Assembly: GCA_949372655.1 (NCBI GenBank)
Contig: CASIAI010000003.1
Location: 138,425-202,424, forward strand
Source of the DNA: Candidatus Poseidoniaceae archaeon
GTDB lineage: Archaea > Thermoplasmatota > Poseidoniia > Poseidoniales > Poseidoniaceae
Reading direction: 5' to 3'
Length of the DNA: 64,000 bases
The translations under genes and the position numbers were made by a program. This document shows, in pieces, positions 56,401-64,000 of the stretch. Each line of letters starts with the position of its first letter. Positions within the stretch are counted from its first letter, which is position 1. The notes below the pieces were generated by a model. That model worked only from the letters and a program-made list of their open reading frames with translations. It was not told where the DNA came from and ran no database searches.

Positions 56401-56450
56401 ACGGTAATAGAAATATCCATGCTGAGATTTGGATTGTATATTATCAGTGA
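53412..56450 (+). CDS. lipoprotein with thrombospondin type-3-like Ca-binding repeats and a C-terminal PNGase F-like (peptide-N4-glycanase) domain
   Basis: The lipobox is LILVMILAGCTS (likely start ATG 53436). There are about 10 DxDxDGxxDxxD repeats, often followed by Cys. The C-terminal 300 aa aligns by eye to Elizabethkingia PNGase F: CHEWDYEANLYI/CDEWDRYANVYV, TITGHGFGQDNQNCAEFC/TISGWGHAKPYDAGSRGCAEWC, GRAGWCPGQDV/DRAGWCPGMAV. Confidence 0.75.
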   Translation: MIQNIAQTMDMTKLTAVLLILVMILAGCTSPDNDDSDEEINVQPTLLINAIWVESLDVSNIDEVFDISIKVESSIPGSWIGIPSVTDPNGNQVDDYSWSSGLDSGSLYFQPELIGNYTIRINFESNVAEQKYIVEGGNLSHVVEIIPPIEYPPIIVIPTAMIVENPEMILLQGSIKHSSIESCAMNFNYEGYLMFPISLQSNGLWSTIIDSSNSQQEYIEIIASCGIWSTMTSSQNISLIFIVSEIDSDEDGVNDDLDACNDGSENSWSSNSNTDYDSDGCRDITEDNDDDNDGITDYNDGCFSVVGWISESSSDYDTDGCHDFDEDIDDDGDRVDDSIDSCPLGHLGWVSTRNNDWDSDGCNDFVEDLNDDQDDYNDLEDSCPLGEQMWSADSNNDFDQDGCHDVFEDDDDDNDGVNDFNSTGYTLDQCPQTPLESFDVDQYGCAAFERDSDIDGVNDLLDQCEGTPSGLVVNEIGCADLDDDGIFANVDQCPSTPERWTVDNNGCTVIQLPVPWTDSVSLNGPMQVVPDFTIPTLGSTFYFDEVWNGEDVYLFLFKYTSSTGSSNTNVWGQNPGTLIRNLPDNTHLFYGSFDTGYHSDVIDRKTAVENSLNPSEESKWSERIHYIDQRASSISGGLGDMISSINNPLYMGIDRFQMARETGALTSYPSGSTDPLHLAFEPEQWNAEFPVEIRLQDPGIEIITMMDFEYHQGGWGGGYSSKRNMTFPGNLSSYNTLEIYHEHACDERSNRYGKSDGSEGGCHEWDYEANLYICDPVDVNSCGTEYVRWITTYGREGRWLTDLSPYLFMLEDNDFRQFRYGGANRGSLTISFLLSNWGDEDIAQNGEFAFSGGQFDGTYNDESKYSRQFNFTVPAGTSRVEIVSTITGHGFGQDNQNCAEFCNHEHHYSMNGYSTAELHPIANSNDGCKQLVGEGVVANQYGSWPYGRAGWCPGQDVKQWRYDITSWSDMTGSSLNNLQYQGLFNGQEYSPSDGVGNGNRNIHAEIWIVYYQ

Positions 56451-56453
56451 ATC

Positions 56454-57635
56454 TCACTGCAGAGGAATAGGAGATGGGAGTGTTCTCTGAAGTTCTTTGA
56501 TAATGTCTGTATCAAGTTGTAAATAATCACTATCTCTTCGCATTGGAGTGAAACCGGCACGAATAATTGTCTTTTGTAATTCCAATTCACTAGCACTAAT
56601 CTTAGATGTACCAGAAGCCGAGACAACATTTTCTTCCATCATAGTTGAACCTGCATCATCTGCCCCACATAGCAGAGCCATTTGGGCGATCTCAACACCC
56701 ATTGTTGGCCATGATGCCTGAATATGTTCGATTGAATCTAAAAATAGTCTAGATATTGCTATATGTCTAAGATATTCGGTAGGCCCAGCTCCTAAAGTAA
56801 GTTTATTAGAACCTCGATTTCTTTTACCAAATGTGTTCGACTCTAATTGAACAGGCCAAGCAATAAATGACGTAAAGCCAATACCATACTGTGACAGTGA
56901 ACTATCTTGCAAATCTCTAATTCTACTCAAGTGCTCGACCCTATCACTAAACGTCTCTCCAAAACCAATTACATTGGTAGCGCTAGTGGTTAGATTCAGA
57001 GATTGTGCCTCTTCCATTATTCTTAACCAATTCTCTGGTGCCCCTTTCTTAGGAGATATATCACTTCTAACACTATCTACAAGCATTTCAGCACCCCCCC
57101 CAGGAAGTCCATGCATACCACATTTCTTTAGACGAGATAAAACTTCTAAAGTCGATAAACCACTAACTTCTGAAATACCTTCAATTTCAATTGGGCTAAA
57201 GCAGTCGAGGTCGATGGTTGGGTGATTGATTCGTAAATGACTAAGGAGTTCTTCATACCATTCGAACTTAATTTCTGGGTTTACGCCACCTTGCATCAAA
57301 ATTCTAGAACCACCAATTAATTCCAATTCAGTAATTCTGTTGGAAATCTCGTCAAATGATTGTGTATAGGTTTCCTCATGACCTGGGGGTCTATAAAATG
57401 AACAAAATTGACAATTAATGGTACATACATTGGTATAATTGATATTTCTATCAACTAAAAATGTAACAATCCCAGAATCATTCATTGCCATTCTACGCTT
57501 GTGTGCTGCTTGCATAAGTTCGTGCAGAGGTGCATTATGGTATAATTCGATAGCATCTTCTTGCGACATTCTAAGTTCCTTAGAGTTGACTTTAGTCCAA
57601 GACCTTTGAATATCGAGAATCTCTTTCCAAGTCAT
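56454..57635 (-). CDS. radical SAM enzyme of the MqnC/MqnE/CofH family
   Basis: It has YTNVCTINCQFCSFYR (CxxxCxxC), LPGGGAEML...ISPKK and GFGETFSDRVEHLSRIRDLQD. I cannot separate the subfamilies by eye. Confidence 0.75.
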   Translation of the reverse strand: MTWKEILDIQRSWTKVNSKELRMSQEDAIELYHNAPLHELMQAAHKRRMAMNDSGIVTFLVDRNINYTNVCTINCQFCSFYRPPGHEETYTQSFDEISNRITELELIGGSRILMQGGVNPEIKFEWYEELLSHLRINHPTIDLDCFSPIEIEGISEVSGLSTLEVLSRLKKCGMHGLPGGGAEMLVDSVRSDISPKKGAPENWLRIMEEAQSLNLTTSATNVIGFGETFSDRVEHLSRIRDLQDSSLSQYGIGFTSFIAWPVQLESNTFGKRNRGSNKLTLGAGPTEYLRHIAISRLFLDSIEHIQASWPTMGVEIAQMALLCGADDAGSTMMEENVVSASGTSKISASELELQKTIIRAGFTPMRRDSDYLQLDTDIIKELQRTLPSPIPLQ

Positions 57636-57645
57636 AATAACACCT

Positions 57646-59016
57646 TCAGAAAGATTGACCTACGATTGATTCTATTTCAGCAATCGTTTTCGGGCATGAG
57701 GATGTCAATACATCGGGACCCAAATCTGTGATAAGTACGTCATCCTCAATTCGAATACCAATATTTGAGTATCGTTCAGGACAATCTACGTCTGGACGCC
57801 ATGAACCGAAATAAAGACCCGGCTCAACTGTTAAACACATTCCAGATTCAAATAATCGAGGTTCTCCATTGGGCTTGTAAACTCCAACATCATGTACATC
57901 TAGACCTATCCAATGGCTAGTATTATGCATATACCAATGCTTCAAATGCCCACTAACTGGGTCCAAAGAATCTTCAATACTTTGTGAAATAACTCCTAAT
58001 TTGATTAAGCCTTCTGCAAGAACTCTTCTAGCGGCTTCATGGGGGGCATTATACGGGTTCCCAACTTTGCATTCTGCAATAGCCGCTTCTTGCGAATCTA
58101 ATACCAATTGGTAAATTTCTCTTTGAGCATCTGTAAATTTACCATTGATAGGCCATGAACGTGTGATATCAGATGCATAACCACGATATTCAGAACCGGC
58201 ATCAATGAGTATAATTTCACCATCATTACACGGTGAGTTGTTCTCTTTATAGTGCAATATTGTTGCATTCTCGCCACAACCGACTATAGAAGGATAAGCC
58301 CAACCTGAAGTTCCTGAGAAAACAAAGAACCCCTCTATAATTGCTTGAATTTGATTTTCTGTCCTTCCACTCATAGATGAACGCATTGCTGCTTCATGAG
58401 CAACACTTGAAACAATTCCAGCATGTCTCATTTGTTCAATTTCAGCGGGTGATTTACGGAGTCGTAATTCAGCAATCTTTGAACTTGGATCTTCAACTCC
58501 AATCGGTCCACTACCATTCAGTTGGCGGGCTCTCCCCCTAAGTTGAACCGCATTACTGACTATCGAATCGATTTCACTGCGTATTCCAGTCCGATGGTAA
58601 ACCTTGGAACTATTTCTAATAGATTCACTTAATCTATCCTCCAACTCACCAATCGAATATGCATTGTCAACAGCCCAGCTTTTTAGAGCACCTTCAACGC
58701 CAGGCCTTCTACCCTCCCAGATTTCTTTAAGAGTATCTTTTGGCTGAACAAATAGAGTGACCTGCCAATCTCCTTCACGGCACTCAGCAAACATGACTGA
58801 TTCCGGTTCATACCATCCAGTGAGGTAAATTAAATCACTTTGTGAGCGATAAGGGTGATGTACATCATTCGAGTGAATGGTTTCAGGGGATGAGCATAAA
58901 ATTATGATCTCATCGTTTCCAATTTGGGAAAATAATCGATTTTGTCTTGAACGAAATTCTTCAATCGGGATTGGTGCGGGCTCTGGGCCGACTAGGCTCT
59001 TCGCAGCATCGAACAT
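57646..59016 (-). CDS. pepP: Xaa-Pro aminopeptidase (M24B)
   Basis: It has an AMP_N-like N-terminus and the metal ligands in ILIDAGSEYRGYASDITR, HNTSHWIGLDVHD, LTVEPG and GIRIEDDV. Confidence 0.85.
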   Translation of the reverse strand: MFDAAKSLVGPEPAPIPIEEFRSRQNRLFSQIGNDEIIILCSSPETIHSNDVHHPYRSQSDLIYLTGWYEPESVMFAECREGDWQVTLFVQPKDTLKEIWEGRRPGVEGALKSWAVDNAYSIGELEDRLSESIRNSSKVYHRTGIRSEIDSIVSNAVQLRGRARQLNGSGPIGVEDPSSKIAELRLRKSPAEIEQMRHAGIVSSVAHEAAMRSSMSGRTENQIQAIIEGFFVFSGTSGWAYPSIVGCGENATILHYKENNSPCNDGEIILIDAGSEYRGYASDITRSWPINGKFTDAQREIYQLVLDSQEAAIAECKVGNPYNAPHEAARRVLAEGLIKLGVISQSIEDSLDPVSGHLKHWYMHNTSHWIGLDVHDVGVYKPNGEPRLFESGMCLTVEPGLYFGSWRPDVDCPERYSNIGIRIEDDVLITDLGPDVLTSSCPKTIAEIESIVGQSF

Positions 59017-59068
59017 AATACAACCAAAACACCATCACTCTTCAATAATTCCTCTAAAAGTGATGTAA

Positions 59069-60580
59069 TTAGTTCTTTGATTTCCATTTAGGTAATTCTA
59101 TGTCAGCCGAATCTCTGCGTGAAAATAATAATAATCCTATAATTGATGATAAAACCAAAAACCCTAAACCACTGTAAATCAAGACTTTAGAAGAAGATTC
59201 ATCTTTTGTTGATTCACTTACCGACATGTGAAATATTAACTCATCAGATTGCATATCATCATCGGAGATAACTAATCGAATTTCGCTACTTGAATCAATT
59301 TTAACATCCTGATCTGATAAGGTAGAACCAGTTTGACTCAAAATCATACCATTATGGTACCATTCATACGTCAAGGTCTCAATATCATTTGATGTATCGA
59401 TACTAGAAGAAGCATTTAGAAGCCAATGGGAATCCTTCAAAATGAATAAATCGGCACCAGTAGATACAAAGAGACCATCTAAATTAAGATTAATAATTGG
59501 AACAACATTCTCTACTGAAATAGTAAGGTTCTCAACTACAATAAAATTAGCAGAATCACGCACCAATATTTGCACATCCCAATCTCCTGATTGGTCAAAA
59601 GTTAATTCAATAGTAGAATTGTGATAGGATTCTTCATTCAATAAACCACGACTACTTCCTTGGGGGTCTGTTATTGTCCACGTAAGAGATAATGGAGAAC
59701 CGATGAAAAAGTCATCAATGGAAGCATATACTAGAAATGATTCAGATTCCAAGATATTAGATTTAGAAGTTAGCACAACACTAGGAGCGGTGCCATCTAG
59801 GATTATTCTCGAAGAAACAGAATTAGAACCCCGGAGAAATTGGTCTTTGATAGAGAAATCAAAAGACCAGTAACCATCACTCAAAGATAATTCTTTTTGG
59901 TTCACAATAGCTGATAAAAAATTATTATCAAATGTGAAATTAAGTTCAGTCTGAATCGGATTATCCAAGCACACATTTGAGGGTGCTTGGCAATAACTAG
60001 AGAATAGTATTAAGCCGGAATTTGCAGATTGAATAGGATTAACTTGATTGATGTATGGAGTGATAACAGTGAATGTAATTGTGTGATTTTCATTATCTAC
60101 TTTTTCACTGGAAACACTATCAGACAATATAAATGGTTGATGATTAGAATTTCCAAGGTAAACCATTAACTTAGATGTAAGTTGATTCACGTACCCATCT
60201 GCTGATTCTGAAAATGATGAAACAATAAGATTACATGTACAATTGATATTGGTCAAATTAAAATTCAAATTCCATTCCCATAAACCATCTTCAATAGGAG
60301 TTATAGAATTAAAATATTCACCAGAAAGTAATAACTTAGGTTCACTATTCTCATCTATGTCAAATAAGTCTACAATAGACCATGAATGATTATTTCCATC
60401 AAAAGTCATGGTACCATTAGTATCTATGGAATCTGTAAAATGCGTACCGTCTGTATCATTGAAATCGATGAATTTGCCATCAATGGTTATTGTATCAAAA
60501 GCGGTAGAAGTAGGTGTATAAGTAACGGACAAAATCAAAATCATAGTAATTAGGGTACAACCATAGGAACCCTTCACCAT
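59069..60580 (-). CDS. surface protein with Ig/PKD-like domains, a signal peptide and a C-terminal TM anchor
   Basis: The N-terminal hydrophobic segment is CTLITMILILSVTY and the C-terminal anchor is LIYSGLGFLVLSSIIGLLLFSRR. It is beta-rich and Asn/Ser-rich with many sequons. Confidence 0.55.
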   Translation of the reverse strand: MVKGSYGCTLITMILILSVTYTPTSTAFDTITIDGKFIDFNDTDGTHFTDSIDTNGTMTFDGNNHSWSIVDLFDIDENSEPKLLLSGEYFNSITPIEDGLWEWNLNFNLTNINCTCNLIVSSFSESADGYVNQLTSKLMVYLGNSNHQPFILSDSVSSEKVDNENHTITFTVITPYINQVNPIQSANSGLILFSSYCQAPSNVCLDNPIQTELNFTFDNNFLSAIVNQKELSLSDGYWSFDFSIKDQFLRGSNSVSSRIILDGTAPSVVLTSKSNILESESFLVYASIDDFFIGSPLSLTWTITDPQGSSRGLLNEESYHNSTIELTFDQSGDWDVQILVRDSANFIVVENLTISVENVVPIINLNLDGLFVSTGADLFILKDSHWLLNASSSIDTSNDIETLTYEWYHNGMILSQTGSTLSDQDVKIDSSSEIRLVISDDDMQSDELIFHMSVSESTKDESSSKVLIYSGLGFLVLSSIIGLLLFSRRDSADIELPKWKSKN

Positions 60581-60638
60581 GAGTTTCCCTGTCGCTTTTG
60601 TTTCATCAAGTTTCCCACGCCATGTGCGTCACTTAATA

Positions 60639-63600
60639 TCAAGCGAAAGGATCGCAAAGTTCTCCTTGTCCTGGGAAACTGTTTGGATCTTTCGGGTCTG
60701 TATCCCACTTGTACTCACAGTAGTTAACATGACCATCAGCATCTGGGTCAAACATTCGGTCAGCTGCATCAAATGGATCAAAAGAGAAGTGATATTCCCA
60801 ACCAGTTGCCATTCCATCATCATCATGGTCTTGGTAATACACCTCAGGGCCATCAGTCCATTGATCTCCATCTGTGTCATTGGATACAGGATTAGTATTA
60901 TTTTCCATTTCTTCGAAATTAGTATAGTTGGCTAAATTATCATAAAACCTCTTCCCATCGGGACTTAGTGGGTCAATGTGGCATTCGGAACTAGTTGAAT
61001 CATTATACCCAGGGCAATATCTCTTGATTAGTCCTGAACGGTTTAATCCATCATCATCCGGGTCTTCCAGTCCATCAGCAATTCCATCTAAATCACTATC
61101 AAACATTGAAGGGTCTAATACACCTCTTGCACCATATGCATCTAGTGTACCATTATCGACTAAACCATTCTCTATGGCATACTGGGAATATCTAACTTCC
61201 CAACCATCGAATAGCAGATCTCCATCTGAGTCACGGTCAACTGGATTGGTATTCCACTTATCTGGAGCTTCAGCACTGTTCATCAAACTATCATTGTCAA
61301 CGTCATAGACATTGTCTGAAAGTTTAGCTATATATGACTCGTTAGAAGGATCTAAAGCCCACCTTCCATTACAATCATCGCATAATGGATTTTGTGGAAC
61401 ATTGAAACCAGTTAGATTCATCTCATAAACTTCAAACTTCTTTTGTTGTACAAATCCTCCGAGGGAGTTTTGCCAAACATAGCCACCTGGCTCTTTGGTA
61501 CACGAATTTGTACCAGTATTATCACAATTAGGTAAGTCCCAATATGAAGTAGCCACCCATAGACTATGAGAGTTAGTATTATCCTCTTGTGATTTGACTT
61601 GCATCTCCCATCCATCTAGCATACCATCGAAATCAGTATCATTTAGCAATGGATGAGTTCTCTCTTGGAATGGCCTTGGAATGAATAAAACTTCGCCGCC
61701 ATCTTTCAAGCCATCTCCATCTGTGTCTGAATTATTAGCGTGGGTCAAAAATTGGTCTTTACCAGCCATAACTTCTTCACCATCTTCAAGACCATCATTA
61801 TCTGTATCAAACATACATGCATTGGTTGTGTACGCTTCACCACCACCAGTTAATGGCCAAACTAGCGAACCACCGCCACCAGTTGCTTCGAATAGGTCTC
61901 CTAGACCATCTCCATCTGTATCTGGATTAGATGCATTTGAGCCTTTATCGCATAGCGATGAGTATTCTGTGAAATCTGATAGTCCATCTGCATCTGTATC
62001 AAATAGTCCTGGGTCTGAAACAACATGAGTCAGTTCTACACCACGATTAACCACTAGAATATCCCATCCAAAAACTTCGATACCATCTATCAATCCATCA
62101 CCATCAGTATCAGGATTCATAGGATCTGTGGATCTTCCGATAACTGGACTAGCAATATTTGTGCCATCCAAAAATGGCTCATTACCTTGATATCTTGCTT
62201 CATATTCATCTTCATTAGTAAACATTTCATCTTGCTCAACTATTTCCATCCAAGAAGTAAGTCGTGATGTAATGATTTGGTCTTTCTGAACAAATATCGA
62301 GTAAACAAAACCTTCTGATTTCGCCTTCAAATATACAAATTCAGTATTTCCACCGGCTAAAATTATTTCGCCTCGAGCAACTGTTTCGTTTTCTTGTACC
62401 GCTTGGTCGATTTCCACATAAATATCCACAACTCGAGTATCGAGAACTAGATCATCATAGGTTACTGAACCATCACCATCTCTATCCCAGCCATCCTTAT
62501 CAGGGTCTAACTTTCCATTATCACCATCACGAGGATTTAGGCCATTAGATGTCTCCCAACCGTCAGGCATACTATCATCATCGGTATCAATACTCCAAGG
62601 TGATGTGAAGTTCTTAGGACCAAAAATGGTTGCTGATTGATATTCCTCTAAGTTATTCAAATCATCCTCATCCCAATCATCAAATCCATCAGTAGGGTCA
62701 CTAGGGTCTAGTAATTCTGAAACATTTTGGTTAGGTGAGTCTACTAGATGTGAATAGCAGTATTCAAACCCATCAGGCATACCATCTCCGTCAGTATCCC
62801 AATCGGAGGGGCCGTTGAGTAGACCATCATTATCATCATCCAAGTAGAACCAACTAGCATTCATCATCATGAATGGTGCATTGCGTGTAATAGCAAATTC
62901 TAAATCTTCATTGCAACTATCTCCAGTACCGATCATTAGGTTTTCAATTACACTATTAGAAACCTCATCAATATCATTCAATAAATCGAAATCTGAATCT
63001 TTAAGCAATGGATTAGTTCCATATACCTCTTCTTGGAAATTCGACAATCCATCGGAATCGGAATCGAGAATAGCGTCACAAGAATGCGAACCTACTGAGT
63101 TTCCGAGTTCTTCCCATGTAGGTGTGAAATCGTCAGTGTTGAAACGTTCTGTCAGGGCTAGTTCAAGGTCTAATGTTAACAGTTGGCAATCCCAGTTACC
63201 GCTGAGCGGATCAAAGAGTGTGATATTGCCACCAGTTACTTCTATTGTAGTGGTGTAGAGAGATTCCCAGCGGTCATTAAGTCCGTCATTATCGGTATCA
63301 GACCTTTGGGGGTCAGTAGATAAATTCTGTTCGGCTTGATTTGTTAAACCATCATTATCTGGGTCCCCGTTAGGACCTTGATTAGGATCTGGCCAAGATT
63401 CGGTTTCATTTTCTTGATTTGTATCACCTGTATCTGCTTCACCTGGATTTTGTTCTAAGGAATCTGCTTCGCCATTATCTAATGGGTTTAGTCCATGCTC
63501 CACTTCCCAGCCATCACTCATACCGTCACCATCAGTATCCTCATCAAGTGGGTCGGTACCGAATTGAGTTTCCTCAAGTGAATCAGCTAGACCATCATTA

Positions 63601-63791
63601 TCAGAATCCAATGCTTCACTCGAAACACTTCCTTCGCCTTGGATATCTTCTTCCGAAGCACTGTCAAAATTACCAAGAGATTCACTGGTTTGTAGGTACC
63701 CTGTGAACCCGACAAATAGGGAACCGAAAATGAGTGTTGAAACAATTGCTACATATGCCATTTGATTGTGATTTAAAGCCATTCTTAACAC
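60639..63791 (-). CDS. 1050-aa acidic protein built from bacterial-type TSP3 (DxDxDGxxDxxE) Ca-binding repeats, with an N-terminal signal-anchor
   Basis: The anchor is MAYVAIVSTLIFGSLFVGF. There are more than 20 repeats, such as DSDNDGLADSLEE, DTDGDGMSDGWEVEHGLNPLD, DTDNDGLNDRWE and DTDGDGLIDGIE. Confidence 0.75.
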   Translation of the reverse strand: MLRMALNHNQMAYVAIVSTLIFGSLFVGFTGYLQTSESLGNFDSASEEDIQGEGSVSSEALDSDNDGLADSLEETQFGTDPLDEDTDGDGMSDGWEVEHGLNPLDNGEADSLEQNPGEADTGDTNQENETESWPDPNQGPNGDPDNDGLTNQAEQNLSTDPQRSDTDNDGLNDRWESLYTTTIEVTGGNITLFDPLSGNWDCQLLTLDLELALTERFNTDDFTPTWEELGNSVGSHSCDAILDSDSDGLSNFQEEVYGTNPLLKDSDFDLLNDIDEVSNSVIENLMIGTGDSCNEDLEFAITRNAPFMMMNASWFYLDDDNDGLLNGPSDWDTDGDGMPDGFEYCYSHLVDSPNQNVSELLDPSDPTDGFDDWDEDDLNNLEEYQSATIFGPKNFTSPWSIDTDDDSMPDGWETSNGLNPRDGDNGKLDPDKDGWDRDGDGSVTYDDLVLDTRVVDIYVEIDQAVQENETVARGEIILAGGNTEFVYLKAKSEGFVYSIFVQKDQIITSRLTSWMEIVEQDEMFTNEDEYEARYQGNEPFLDGTNIASPVIGRSTDPMNPDTDGDGLIDGIEVFGWDILVVNRGVELTHVVSDPGLFDTDADGLSDFTEYSSLCDKGSNASNPDTDGDGLGDLFEATGGGGSLVWPLTGGGEAYTTNACMFDTDNDGLEDGEEVMAGKDQFLTHANNSDTDGDGLKDGGEVLFIPRPFQERTHPLLNDTDFDGMLDGWEMQVKSQEDNTNSHSLWVATSYWDLPNCDNTGTNSCTKEPGGYVWQNSLGGFVQQKKFEVYEMNLTGFNVPQNPLCDDCNGRWALDPSNESYIAKLSDNVYDVDNDSLMNSAEAPDKWNTNPVDRDSDGDLLFDGWEVRYSQYAIENGLVDNGTLDAYGARGVLDPSMFDSDLDGIADGLEDPDDDGLNRSGLIKRYCPGYNDSTSSECHIDPLSPDGKRFYDNLANYTNFEEMENNTNPVSNDTDGDQWTDGPEVYYQDHDDDGMATGWEYHFSFDPFDAADRMFDPDADGHVNYCEYKWDTDPKDPNSFPGQGELCDPFA

Positions 63792-63874
63792 CCGCGTATC
63801 TACCGCAAGATAGACGACCCAATGCTTCGGTTATAGACCTTAACCATTGATGAGTATCAAAAAAACTTTGAGAG

Positions 63875-64000
63875 TCAAATATATTCGAGCAAAGATTCGA
63901 TAGAAATCATAACATTTGCCCCATTAAAATCAAGTGATATCTTCGGTTTCTTACCGTGTGAGCGTTCCCATATACCCATTGTTTGGCCTATGAAGAAGGG
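63875..64000 (-). CDS. 3' end of an unidentified CDS that continues beyond the window
   Basis: The frame is open from the window edge and ends in ...GKKPKISLDFNGANVMISIESLLEYI-stop. There is too little sequence to assign it. Confidence 0.25.
   Translation of the reverse strand, partial: PFFIGQTMGIWERSHGKKPKISLDFNGANVMISIESLLEYI

Noticed and set aside
60579-63706. Plus-strand ORFs 60579-60935, 60976-61308, 61681-62028, 62869-63258 and 63419-63706 lie opposite the TSP3 giant gene.
   Set aside because: They are Ser/Pro-rich shadow frames generated by the GAT/GAC-rich repeats on the minus strand. They have no motifs, and the minus-strand ORF is continuous for 1050 codons.
1-64000. I searched by eye for CRISPR arrays, long tandem repeats, IS elements and defence-system hallmarks.
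   Set aside because: I saw no regularly spaced direct repeats, terminal inverted repeats, transposase, integrase or Cas genes, or nuclease/helicase defence genes. The only DNA-level tandem repeat noted is the 15-nt GPPVS duplication inside a CDS.

Overview
This 64-kb window is a low-GC archaeal chromosome segment that is almost entirely coding. The archaeal assignment rests on an r-protein operon (S19e, PDCD5-like, L39e, L31e, S17e), Kae1, tRNA-splicing endonuclease, archease, a 7S SRP RNA and a geranylgeranyl reductase. The gene content is what I would expect from a marine planktonic euryarchaeote such as Marine Group II/Poseidoniales: histidine and peptide catabolism plus very large acidic Ca-binding surface proteins. 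I cannot confirm that placement without a database search.

Housekeeping blocks:
- hutU-hutH and hutI
- Methylmalonyl-CoA mutase and epimerase
- An ABC-2 exporter
- A preQ0/archaeosine cluster (RHH regulator, folE, queE, queC, queD)
- iscA and ygfZ
- mdh and pntAA-AB-B
- pyrD
- A type IA topoisomerase
- pepP
- An Mqn/CofH-type radical SAM enzyme

RNA genes are tRNA-Val(GAC) and a GC-rich SRP RNA. Three short genes are missing from the ORF track: L39e, a 51-aa zinc ribbon and a 56-aa membrane peptide.

I saw no CRISPR array, transposase, integrase or recognisable defence system.

Most unusual observations:
1. A QueC-MsrB fusion whose QueC half has lost the whole Cys4 zinc site.
2. A neighbouring queE broken by three +1 frameshifts that together return to the original frame.
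3. A divergent TatC-like protein with an extra C-terminal domain, sitting between two anchored exoproteins.
4. A lipoprotein combining TSP3 Ca-binding repeats with a PNGase F-like domain.
5. A membrane protein with two zinc ribbons and seven EF-hands.
6. hutH with no canonical start codon, one nucleotide away from being fused to hutU.
7. A CxxxY-variant CcmE.

All functional calls come from motif recognition by eye and remain unverified by any search.
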